Assembly (NCBI GenBank): GCA_965140585.1
Contig: OZ223269.1
Span: 1,056,001 to 1,120,000 of the forward strand
Direction of reading: 5' to 3'
Source: Spirochaetia bacterium
GTDB lineage: Bacteria > Spirochaetota > Spirochaetia > UBA9216
DNA: 64,000 nt
Both the position numbers and the translations under genes were made by a program. Shown here piece after piece: positions 31,519 to 42,500 of the stretch. The notes under the pieces are model-generated. The model did no database searches. It saw only the letters and a list, made by a program, of their open reading frames with translations, and had not been told where the DNA came from. How positions within the stretch are numbered: position 1 is the first letter of the stretch; every line of letters starts with the position of its first letter.

Positions 31519-31887
31519 TCAGAGTACAAAACGGCGCCACATTAAACTGTTGTTTTTGAAATTGAACAGATAGCCAACTTTTAATTTAGAAATATGTAAA
31601 TAATTCAAAAGCTGAGCTTCCATTGCCGGAGAGAAAGAGTTTACAGCCTTAAGTTCCAATATAATCTTATTATCAACAACAATATCTGCAAAGAATTCAC
31701 CTACAAGCTGATTACGGTGAAAAACATTCAAAGGCTGCTGAGCCTGAAACGGAACACAAAGATACTCAAGTTCTACTTCGAAAGCCTTTTGATAAACTGA
31801 TTCCAAGAGGCCTTGTCCAACTGAACGGTGAACTGAATGAGCAGCAGATAAAACAATACTTGATAATTCTTCATAAATTAATGCCAT
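31519..31887 (-). CDS. GxxExxY protein (PD-(D/E)xK_3 nuclease-like family)
   Basis: VHRSVGQGLLESVYQKA, ADIVVDNKIILELKA, QLLNYL, GYLFNF; AGGAG RBS favours ATG 31887. Confidence 0.92.
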   Translation of the reverse strand: MALIYEELSSIVLSAAHSVHRSVGQGLLESVYQKAFEVELEYLCVPFQAQQPLNVFHRNQLVGEFFADIVVDNKIILELKAVNSFSPAMEAQLLNYLHISKLKVGYLFNFKNNSLMWRRFVL

Positions 31888-31893
31888 GATGCA

Positions 31894-32025
31894 ACTCCTG
31901 TTTTTCTTCAAACCACTAAGTCTGTTTTCGAGGAGTCAAGGTTCCAAAAGCAGCAAAGCTGCTTTCGGACTTAGCCTTGACCTTGACGGCTCGAAAACAG
32001 ACAGTACAATGAAAAAAGCAGGAGT
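31894..32025. repeat. ~130-nt imperfect hairpin in the GxxExxY leader
   Basis: Nested pairs ACTCCTG/CAGGAGT, GTCTGTTTTCGAG/CTCGAAAACAGAC, GTCAAGG/CCTTGAC, AAAGCAGC/GCTGCTTT. Confidence 0.8.
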
Positions 32026-32037
32026 GAATGAGGAAGA

Positions 32038-32171
32038 TTTAACCACGGAAAAGATCACGGCAAGAGTAAGAGAAATTAATTCTTTAAATCTTACCTAGAC
32101 CTCTTACAAAGCCTGGCCCTATATTAACTGTGTGCACCCGCAAAGCCCGACCCGATATTACCGTGGTTAAA
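32038..32171. repeat. Element bounded by an 11-bp perfect inverted repeat
   Basis: TTTAACCACGG (32038-32048) and CCGTGGTTAAA (32161-32171). Confidence 0.6.
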
Positions 32172-32240
32172 CAAACTCGTTTGGAACACAAACAAGTGAA
32201 GAATCAAGAACTTTTTATATTTCTCAATTTAAAGAAAACT

Positions 32241-32330
32241 GCGTTAGGGATGGTAAGGGCGCCGACAGGCGGTTGAAAACCGAAGGTTTTTAACGGAACC
32301 CCTGAACAGCCCGGCCGATAGGCAACGCCC
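32241..32330 (-). ncRNA. Structured repeat copy 1, Flavo-1-like RNA motif
   Basis: - strand GGGCGTTGCC...GGCCGGGCTG...GGGGTTC[hairpin]CCGCCTGTCGGCGCCCT...ATCCCTAACGC; family assignment is from recollection of the motif ends, not a search. Confidence 0.5.
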
Positions 32331-32342
32331 AAATAAATAAGA

Positions 32343-32570
32343 AACTACACCCAAGCATTTGAACTGCCCGAAGGCCTTGTATCGATGACCTGGTATGCCC
32401 TTGACAACCACGATTACCGTGAAGAAACCCACATAGAAGTATTCAACATAGACACAATAGCTCCGGTAACCCAGCTTACAACCGACGGCGAACAGTATGA
32501 AGAAGGCTGTTTCAACGCAGAGACGATGACACTTTCATTAAGCTCAAGCGACGAAACAAGCGGAGTACTT
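32343..32570 (+). pseudogene. Internal fragment of an Ig-like (OmpL47/Big-type) repeat protein
   Basis: NYTQAFELPEGLVSMTWYALDNHDYREE...IDTIAPVT...SSSDETSGV; no proper start or end. Confidence 0.6.
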
Positions 32571-32773
32571 GGTACCTTGAAGTTGAGAATGAGGATGCGG
32601 TACTCATAGGCGAAGGAAACGAGCATTACTTACATACCTGTACTTGCGGCATCGCTTTCGATGCTGCTTTCTGGAATAGACTATTTAAAATAACATATTG
32701 TAAACCCACAGCATCCGACTATATATTACCATATTTATAAATAATATTTAGTTATTCTTTTACAAACTACAAC

Positions 32774-32899
32774 GCGTTACGGACCTGGAGGGCGCCGATA
32801 GGCGGTCGAATAAAAAGCCGGAGGCTTTTATTTGACTGAACCCCGGAATGGCCGGACCCGGAACGGAAAAGCAAAGCTTTTTTGTGCAGGGGAACGCCC
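32774..32899 (-). ncRNA. Structured repeat copy 2, Flavo-1-like RNA motif
   Basis: Shares GCGTTA...AGGGCGCCGA.AGGCGG[hairpin]GAACCCC.GAA...AACGCCC (+ strand) with copy 1, but with different hairpin inserts. Confidence 0.5.
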
Positions 32900-33031
32900 G
32901 ATAAAAATACCATATCCTGTATAACAGCCGACCGGCCTTTAATAATAAAATATAAATTATTTTAATCAATATTTTTCTCTTTTTTAAATCAACATGGATT
33001 TTTAATGTTTCTTTGAATAAAAGGAATATCT

Positions 33032-36000
33032 ATGAAAAAATATTTAATTTTAAAAGTATTATTTTTCTTATTAATTTGTATACATCCAATTTTTTCACAA
33101 ACACTATTAATCCCGGATGGCTATGCAGAGGAAACTTTAATCCTGTACTTATATAATGATGAAGGAAGTTTAAAAACAAGTGATACTAAACCTACTGAAA
33201 TTGCAAGTGACTCAATAATCTGTTTTAATATCAATCTATTAGTCAACGGTCTTTTCAACAATCAAAATACAACCTACGCCAGAGAAAATACTACAATAAA
33301 AATTCTGATAAAAAATTTAAATAATGAAATTGCATATGAATTCACAAATGATATAGGTTTAGATGGTGGTGTTTTTAATAAAAATGTTTTAATCCCCAAA
33401 AATCATTATATGCAGGTTACTATAACCAAAGCATGTACCTGGACGGTTTCAATTCCCGGAGGGATAAACTACCACTATGCAAGTTATGATTTCAGTCATA
33501 CATCCGGTTCAACTTATCAAGATACAATTGGTCCTTCTGAAGATGGTGTTTTTCAAGTAGATGGAACATATGTTAATGGCTATGATAAAGATGGAAATAC
33601 AATAAATCAAGTTTTTACTCCCGATAATTTCAATATTTCATGCGAGGTTTTAGATACTGCTCAAGACGTTTCACACTATTGGCCGTCAACCGAAGGCGTT
33701 TATTCATCCGGGATAAAAGGATACACAATCTCCGTTTCAAATACGTCTATAGTTAAAAAGTTTTATTCTAAACTTAAAGAAGTTCCTATTTTTAATGGAA
33801 TTAATATTAATACTGGTTCATATACTATAAGCGGGTATGTGTCAGATAACGCTTCTCATAATAGTGATATCGATTCAAAAGATGTATTTTTTGATACTAC
33901 AGGACCGGCAGCGCCATCGTCTGAAAATATTTTCATCAATGAATCAAGCCTCTTTGAACAGGGAATTTTAAAAAATATTTACACAACTAGTCCAATTATT
34001 ATTTCTTCCACTGTCCCTGAGGATTCAGGAGATATTAGAGCAGGTGTTAGTTCAGATGATGGATTTATAGAATTATTTCAAAATAATATCCTGTTAGACA
34101 CCTACAATCCAAATACACTGATAGATTTGTCAAGCGGAGTATATCAGGCATCTATATATTTTAATGACAAATTGGGAAATATCGGTAATAAATCAAATAT
34201 AAATTTCAACATTGATAATATCCCCCCTGAAGCGCCTTTATTCAAATCACTTGCGCATTGTTTTCCGAGCTCTAATGACAGCACCCTGATTTTCATTCCA
34301 ACGGGAACAGAAGACATCATATCATGGCTTCCAGCAATGGATGGCACTGAACAATGGCAAAGCGGCACCGATGAGGATGATTATAAGCTTAGGATAACTA
34401 ATCCGCATATACTTCAAGGCCAGACAGTATTATCGGCAGACATGAACCAAATTCAACTGAATGATGGCTGTTTTACGGTTAAAATCCCACAGGAAAGCAG
34501 CGGTTTAAATGAAAGTGTAGATTATTACTATATTTACGTTACAGCTTCTGATAAAGCCGGGAATAAAGTTGAAAGCGAGTACACGTTAAAAGTCAGAACT
34601 CTGCCTGAGAATATTGATGACATTGAAATCATCGAGAATGATGGTAAATATTATTTTGAATGGACATATAACAATAAAGGCGGTGCTGAAGGTTATTGTT
34701 TTGATATAGTCATTAGAGATCCCTCAGATCAAATAGAAATATGGAATAATAGCGATGAAATATTATGGGAAGAAGATAAAACTTACAAAATTCAAATACC
34801 TGCAGAATTTATTGAACAAAATAAATTAAAAACAAAACTTGAGTATGTAGCAGACATATACGTTGATAAGGGTGCAGCACTTGAAAACATACAGAATCAT
34901 ACAAAAATAAGTTTCAGGTTACAGAATATTCTTCCTGACTTATCCCCTGATAACGATTTTATAATTCCTGATACAGGTGAAATATTTAAAGCAGGATTCC
35001 CTTCTCATGAACTGATTCAGAGTAAGGATGCAGAAGGCGATTTACTTGGACTCAAGCTTTATTATAAAAAAGTGTCAGAATCATTGTATAAGGATGTTGA
35101 TGCAGGTTTTTCCGGTTCAGGACTTCCTCTTTTATCAATAAATGATGAAACAGATAATATTCCTGTTCTATCAGAAACTGGGGTATATGATTGCTATCTT
35201 GAAATAACAGAATATTACTACGATTGGGACGGTTCTCTAAAAGTTTGGGAAGATTTTGAGAATAGCAGTTCCTATCTTTCCTTTGAACGTTGGCGTTCTG
35301 ATATTCGGCAATTCGCTATAGATAATGCCCCGCCATCTGGAACCTTAACTGCTAAATCAGGTTCTGAAGAGAGTTTGATTGATCTTCATGCATCTATTCA
35401 CGACTGGAGCGGGGCTGCCAGCAGCGGTGTTTCTGAAATCATAATATGGAATGATGTGAATGGTACCGGTTACTCCTCTATAAGTAACAACATTTCAGAT
35501 GTGTCCTCTGATATCGGGTACTTAGTTGAAGTTTCTGATCCTGATGGAATGAATATTACCGGATGGCCGATGGAACTCATAGACACTCTCGTTTGTACCA
35601 AAATGATTGTTTATGATAATGTCGGAAACTATTCAGATGTAATATCCGTTACCGGTGATACAGATAACAATCCACCCGAAGTAGTAATAAATCAATCATT
35701 ATTGGAAACCCGTGTCGGCGAAATATGGCACTGCCCATCCGAAATTTCCTTCTACTCTGCAATTGATCCGGATGGAGATGAACTTAGCTTTTTCTGGGAT
35801 TTCGATGATGGATACACCAGCACCGAAGCATACCCGACACACAGCTATACAGAAAGCGGAGAGTTTACAGTAACACTCAAAGTGAGTGACTGGTGGGGAC
35901 AAAGTACTGAAGTCAATTTTATTTTAGATGCATTAAATACGACATCAGGTGAGCTTCTGGTTAGTGAAACCTGGAGCGGAGAACACATACTTACCGGCGT

Positions 36001-36505
36001 AGTTGTTGTTCCAGCAGGATTAAGTCTGACTATATCTGAAGGAACATTGGTTTGCACTACAGCTGATACCGGAATTACTGTTTTGGAAGGAGCTTCTATT
36101 GAAATTAAGGGAACCCCAACATCTTCAGCAATTATTGGTCCTCTATTTTCCGCTGAACCGATGCCTTATTGGAATGGTCTTCTCATAAAAGGTGAAGGAA
36201 ATATCACATTTACTAAGTTTTCAAATGCTGACAGGGCTGTTGCTGCTGGTCCTTTTTCTACAGTCACAATTTATAATTGTAATTTTACCGATAACCGTAT
36301 AGGCCTTCACATTGTAAGTTCATCGGTAATCCTGTCGGGTGAAAATAGCTTTACAGGTAATATCTGGTACGGCATCAAGGAAGATTTTGTTACGGAACAT
36401 CCGGATCTAAATGGATGCCTGTTTAGTGAAAATAAAAATGATTATTACCATCAGGACCTGCTCATCCTGCATGGAAATGAACTTATCGAATATATCGAAA
36501 ATTAA
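33032..36505 (+). CDS. Large exported protein with Ig-like/FN3 repeats, PKD domain and C-terminal beta-helix
   Basis: Signal peptide; D.AGN/D..PP repeats; DPDGDELSFFWDFDDG...PTHSYTESGEFTVTLKVSD; ETWSG...VVPAGLSLTI. Confidence 0.8.
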   Translation: MKKYLILKVLFFLLICIHPIFSQTLLIPDGYAEETLILYLYNDEGSLKTSDTKPTEIASDSIICFNINLLVNGLFNNQNTTYARENTTIKILIKNLNNEIAYEFTNDIGLDGGVFNKNVLIPKNHYMQVTITKACTWTVSIPGGINYHYASYDFSHTSGSTYQDTIGPSEDGVFQVDGTYVNGYDKDGNTINQVFTPDNFNISCEVLDTAQDVSHYWPSTEGVYSSGIKGYTISVSNTSIVKKFYSKLKEVPIFNGININTGSYTISGYVSDNASHNSDIDSKDVFFDTTGPAAPSSENIFINESSLFEQGILKNIYTTSPIIISSTVPEDSGDIRAGVSSDDGFIELFQNNILLDTYNPNTLIDLSSGVYQASIYFNDKLGNIGNKSNINFNIDNIPPEAPLFKSLAHCFPSSNDSTLIFIPTGTEDIISWLPAMDGTEQWQSGTDEDDYKLRITNPHILQGQTVLSADMNQIQLNDGCFTVKIPQESSGLNESVDYYYIYVTASDKAGNKVESEYTLKVRTLPENIDDIEIIENDGKYYFEWTYNNKGGAEGYCFDIVIRDPSDQIEIWNNSDEILWEEDKTYKIQIPAEFIEQNKLKTKLEYVADIYVDKGAALENIQNHTKISFRLQNILPDLSPDNDFIIPDTGEIFKAGFPSHELIQSKDAEGDLLGLKLYYKKVSESLYKDVDAGFSGSGLPLLSINDETDNIPVLSETGVYDCYLEITEYYYDWDGSLKVWEDFENSSSYLSFERWRSDIRQFAIDNAPPSGTLTAKSGSEESLIDLHASIHDWSGAASSGVSEIIIWNDVNGTGYSSISNNISDVSSDIGYLVEVSDPDGMNITGWPMELIDTLVCTKMIVYDNVGNYSDVISVTGDTDNNPPEVVINQSLLETRVGEIWHCPSEISFYSAIDPDGDELSFFWDFDDGYTSTEAYPTHSYTESGEFTVTLKVSDWWGQSTEVNFILDALNTTSGELLVSETWSGEHILTGVVVVPAGLSLTISEGTLVCTTADTGITVLEGASIEIKGTPTSSAIIGPLFSAEPMPYWNGLLIKGEGNITFTKFSNADRAVAAGPFSTVTIYNCNFTDNRIGLHIVSSSVILSGENSFTGNIWYGIKEDFVTEHPDLNGCLFSENKNDYYHQDLLILHGNELIEYIEN

Positions 36506-36510
36506 AAAAG

Positions 36511-39500
36511 GTGAGTGTAAAAATGAAAATATCAGGAAGAATATCAATTATCATAGTTTTATTGTTTCTATCTCTGTCTAATATCCATGCTGCAGCAGGA
36601 AATCTTGAGCTGAGTGTAACAGGAGCTTCCAATAATACAGATGTGTTGAATCCTGCTGAGTATGCAGTAGATGATAGTATACTGACCTATTGGATGCTTT
36701 ATCCTGAAGAAACTGAAGGCTGGTTTGAAATCACTCTTAATGAATTATCATGCATTTATGCAATTGAGCTTTCTGGAACTCTTGATTTAGAAAATATTAT
36801 TAACTTTGAATACGATTCAAACGGAATCTGGAAAAGTTTTCTCAATCACGAACTTACTGCCATTAGCTCGAGTGGCGAATATATTGATGTATCCGCTTAT
36901 AAAATAGTAACCGATAAAATCAGGGTTTATCTGCAAGGTGAAGATACAAGTTACAGCAACATTGAAGATCTTAAGGTTTTTGGTGAGAGTTTTTCTGATA
37001 CATATCATAAATTTAACATAAAAAACATTAGCGGAGAAGAAAACATCTTCCACCCCTTATCAAACCTGTCAGATGAGAACACAAAAACTTATTGGGAAAC
37101 AGAAAGTATAGGGAACTGGGTGATAAATTTACTTCGCGGGGCAAGAAACTGGATTACAGAATGCTTTGAGAACGGAAACTTTAATTTTAGAAACCAGGAT
37201 ACGATGTGGAAAAATGAAAATGGTGCGGTGATTAGCTTACAGAGCTCATCTAAAATATATCGAATTAAAGCCTATCTTTCTGAAGATTATACCGGAGACG
37301 CCAGAATTAATTACCTGGCTGATGGTGAATGGACAGAAATTACAGTAATTGAAGAGGAGAATATAACTCCAGGCTGGCATATTATTGATATACCGTATGG
37401 TTTGGAAGCTGATTCAATTCAATTAATTTCTGATAAAACCAGTAGCACAGGCAGTTGGTGGTCATGGCTTTTCGGTTCCGACTCATCAGAAATTTCAGGA
37501 CTTTGTGAAATTGAATTCTGGGGTAAATCATATAGTCCTGTAACTGAGGCTCTAGCATTTTTCATCGAAGATACAGATTTAAACTCAGGGTTGAATGGCA
37601 TTTTTGATGCGTCTATATCTGATAATTATAAGGTTGAATTTATTCTGAATGTTAATTCCGGAAACTGTATAATTGCTGAAATAAACGGGAATCAGATTCA
37701 AGTTCCTCTATTAAAAGAAACAGATGGAGCCTTTTTTTATCAGGTTAAAATTGATAATGATTTACTTTGGAATGGAGACAACTTCCTAAGACTTGAGTCC
37801 CTTGACAATCATCTTATCCGCGGTTCAATTTCCGGTATTTCAAGAACGGGCATTCTTAACAATATTGGAGTACCGGATTATTTTACAGCAGATTCAACCG
37901 GTTATTATGAGATCGATCTTAATTCGGAAATTTCACTTGAAGAAGTTCTATTGACAACTAATAATATTTTCAATGAGAGGATTTTTTACAGATCAGAAAA
38001 TCAATGGTTTGAATTAACCTGGAGCGCGTTAACTTCTCATACATTAAAATATTCGGTTTATCTTTCAGAATCAGGAAATAATGTTAACCTGTCAGCTGAT
38101 TGCATACGAATTGAAGGATTGACATCGGGAACGCAATACGGGGTTACAGTTAAAGGCAGTAGAATAACCGATAGTGCTCCGCAGATTCAAATGTATTGGC
38201 CAAAAAATGGTGAAGTTATTGAACAAAGCAAACTCGGTACAATGTTCGCGGTAGGTTATGTCGATGATGAGAATGCTGTTATCAGTCTTAATGATGAAGA
38301 GGCACAGAATATCGGTAACCTTTTCTGGATTGCAAATATGCCGGGTAATATTATCACAGACGGTGAATATGCACTTCATATATCTGCAACGGATTTAGAA
38401 GGAAGGACCACTGAGAAAACTATATATTGGTCAAATATTGACAGCAATGTCTATAGTTGTGATCTGAGTGAAGAAATTATTTATACTCTTGATGATACAA
38501 TCAAAGTAGAAGGAAGGACTAATCCCTCAGCTTCTGTATATATCAATGAAGAAATAGTTGACGGCAGCAGCCGGCTCTATTCTAAAGATGTAGAACTTAT
38601 TCCGGGACTTAATATTATTACGATTAAATTCGTTCATCGGACACAGGGTATATTCGCACTGCTTCAGAGGCGGGTCTTCCTTGTCACAACAGAACCTGTT
38701 CTTGAAATTAGCAAGCCTGACGATATCGATTATACATCAGCACAGCAGATTGATTTGACAGGTATTTTATCAGTTGCCGGAGCATACGAAATTGAATGCG
38801 AAGATTATGAAGTGCAAGATGATGGAACTTTGTTTACTGTTGCTTCAGTAAGTCTTGTAAGTGGAGTCAATAATAATATTATAGTAACTTTGACGGATCA
38901 ATTCGGGAGAACTTCTACCGACAGCGTATCTGTTTTCTGTGATGTAAATACTCCGGTGTTAACAGGTTTATCACCGGAAAGAGGTTCAATACTATCTGAA
39001 AGTGTAAATACTTTTGTAATCACAGTCTCAGATGAAAGTGAGCTTTCAGTTTTTATGAATGGTTTGGTAGTACCCGGAGGAAGCGGAATATTTGAAAAGA
39101 CAATCTCTCTTTCAGACGGGTTTTATTCACTTCCCCTGGTTTTAAAGGATCAGGCTGGAAATACTAGGCAGGATTATCTTGATTATACAGTGGATACTGT
39201 ACCACCGGTTGATTTTACAGTTGATGTAACACCTGCCGGTTGGACTTCTGATAATCATCCTGTAATCAGTTTTAAAACGACGGATGCCACATCCGGTATT
39301 GATTACTACGAGATATCAATTGATGAAGGCAGCTACTATGTAATTAAAAGCCCGTACCAGCTGCCTGTTCAGGATGAAGGTGAGCACACAATTGCTGTTA
39401 GAGCTGTAGATAAAGCAGGACATATGACATATTCATATGCCGAAACAAAAACCGATACAATTCTACCCGAAGCTCTTACAACTTTCGATATAATTCCTGG

Positions 39501-42500
39501 AAATGCTGAGCTTAATCTATATTGGTCTGACGGTGAATCCGATGTAATTTCATATGAAATTATTAGAAGTCCTCAATGGGATGATGGAGAACAGCTTTGC
39601 ATTTCAAGAAGAGAAGATAATCAGGTATTTACCGATACCGAAGTATTAAACGGCTTTGAATATTCCTACAAAGTACGTGCTGTTGATCGTGCAGAGAATA
39701 AGAGCGGTTTTACCGCTACGATAAATGCTGTACCGGGTATTGAAACACAGGTTATTCCTGACAGCGGAAAGGTAAAAGCCGAGTATGAAACATCTGTGCT
39801 GTTTATAAATACAGAAAGCCTGCCTCCGGATGCTCAAAGTATACGAATAGCTGAACTTGCACCGGATTGGATAGAAGCTGAAGCCTTGAATTTTGAACAT
39901 ACTTTTGTTGGTTCGGTATACGATTTCACTCTGCTCGACAGTAATGATGAAGAAACCTCGCCTGGAATACTTTTTTCAGAATCCTATATAGGTGTACTAG
40001 ATTATGATCCTTCATTGCTACCATCCGGTTATTCTGAAGAAAACATCAGTGTTTACAGCTTTGATAAAAGATGGGGTAGATGGAGCAAACTGAAAAACTG
40101 TGCTGTAGATCCGGAGAACAATAAGGTTGTATTCAGTTCAAATCACTTTTCGCTCTATACTCCAGTCGCAGATTCCGTGGAAGATATTTCACCTGAGGAA
40201 ATCGCTGATTCAGGATATTCTCCATTTGGAACATATGTAAATCACGAAGGTTTCACCGTCAGTCCGCAGGGAGGGAATGCACATACTAGCGTTACTGAAC
40301 TTGTTTTAAGTGGACCCAATGGGTTTGATTTTGAACTTAAACGTTACTATGATCTTTCGGTTGCAAAAAGCGATACCCATGCGGACGTCCCTGTAGATGT
40401 AGTGAAATATCTTGAAAACCAGGGAGACTATGCTTATTCAATGGGGAATGGGTGGCGATTAAATCTTCCTTATATAAAGAATGCATCAGCTCAGCAATAT
40501 CTTATTATGCCTGATGGAAGTATGTTTGGTTTTAAATCGCTTCAATTAACGAATACTCCCGCTAAATCAGATAAGCGAAGCCTTATACTTGAATCACATA
40601 GCGGTGAACATTTCTCATTATTAGTCACACAGACGGAAAATGACAAAGAGGTATATTTTATTGGAGCAGGAGGCTCTAGTGAACAAAGCTGGATTAGTAC
40701 CTCATATACACTTACTCTGACAGATGGAAAACAATATATATTTGATGGAAAAGGAAGAACCACAGAAATTAAAAGCAGCGATGAAGAGTTTTCAATCAGT
40801 GTCAGCTATGCAAGTGGCAGCTATGAAATTGATAAAATATCAGATTCAGTTGGCCGATATCTTTCCTTTGAATATGCTGAAACTTCTGATTCTATAGATA
40901 TGCCATACATAAAAAAAATAAGTCTTGATTCAGCAGATCCATATAGAAGAAGCATCAGCTACACTCAGGAAAACGGTTACCTTATCTCTTCAATTGATAC
41001 TGGAGGAAGAAACTGGTCCTATGGATATGGCAATGAATATTATGTCGGAGGACCCAAAAATCCAGTCCCATTCAGTCTAACCGAAGCTCTTAAAGAATTT
41101 AATGATGATACAGATTTATATGATATTATTTCAAATCTGGCCGAACCAGTATCAGAATATACATACAAACCACTGTCAACAATCGAAGGTCCTGGTATGG
41201 GCAGAATTGAAGCAACATACGATACTGTTCATCCTAGTGACGATGAAAACGCATATTGCAGAGTTCTGACAAAGCAGGTAACTGTTTACAATGATTATGC
41301 TGCAGGAAGTGACGACAGTGTTAGAGCAACTATGTACGATTATGATTTTACAGATGCTGATAGTGACTACGGCTATTACATTTCAAAAAGTATTGTTGAT
41401 GAACTTAATCACAATAGATATATCGCATATAATTATGAATTCAAAAAACTAACAAAGACCTACTGGAGCGAGGAAGATGGAATCATCACTTCAGAAACAA
41501 TAGAAGATGATGAAAATTCAGGAAGCCGTTTTAATAATGAAAAATGGTATGAGAAAATAAATAACAGCAGCTCAAATTTAAAACTATTAAAAACAAAAAC
41601 TAAAAGCTATGCCGAAGAGACTGATGTAAATCCGTCATCCGAAAAAATAACACATGGTTTAGGAAATGATAGTATAACTACCAATTACACTTATGATGAT
41701 TGGGGTAATAGAACGGTAATTGAAGAGACTTCAGTTGCGGGTTCACGAGTACGTAAAAATATCACTTACCGTGACTATTCCAGCGGTGAAAGTGCATCAG
41801 GAGCTTCATATAAAGAATATTCTGAATCAGGACTTATAAATGAAAACGTGCCTGCCCGAATAAAGAATCTTGTAATTAAAGAACAAGTTACTAACTATAC
41901 TCCCTTAATTGACTCATTAGGGACAGGTGGTAATAATGCGGGAACTGCTGTGAAAGCATACAATTATTATTCATACGATGATAAGGGCAGACTAAACGGA
42001 AAATCGGTTTGGGACTCTTCAAATAATGTATGGAATAAAACTTTATATACTTGGAACAGTGCAGGGGACCTTTCCTCAATTACAGATTCTGAAAATCATG
42101 TTACATCATTCACCTATGATGCTAATCATTATATTTTAACCAAGACAGAAAAAGCTGTTACCGATGCTGATGGAAATCCGACTGATATAAAGTGGCAGTA
42201 TAAATATAATTACGCTGGATGGTTGATAAGTGAAACCGATCCCCGACAGAAGACTACTACAACAGCCTTTGACAAACTGGGTAGGGTTGTATCAAAAACA
42301 GAACCCGGAGACGCGGGGGACAACTATATCATCAATGTTTTTTACAATGATATTCCTGGACTATTGTATTCAACAATGACGGATTCACTTGGAAGAAAGA
42401 TTGTCAGAGAATATAACGATCTATCACAGATGGTTAAGCAGAGCAGCTACCTGGATTCAGCTACTGCATCTGTTATAGAGCTTGGATATGATCGCTTCGG

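Noticed and set aside
31886-32969. Short ORFs 31886-32098, 32244-32432, 32414-32626 and 32760-32969
   Set aside because: They overlap hairpin repeats or are antisense to the Ig fragment, and show no protein-like motifs
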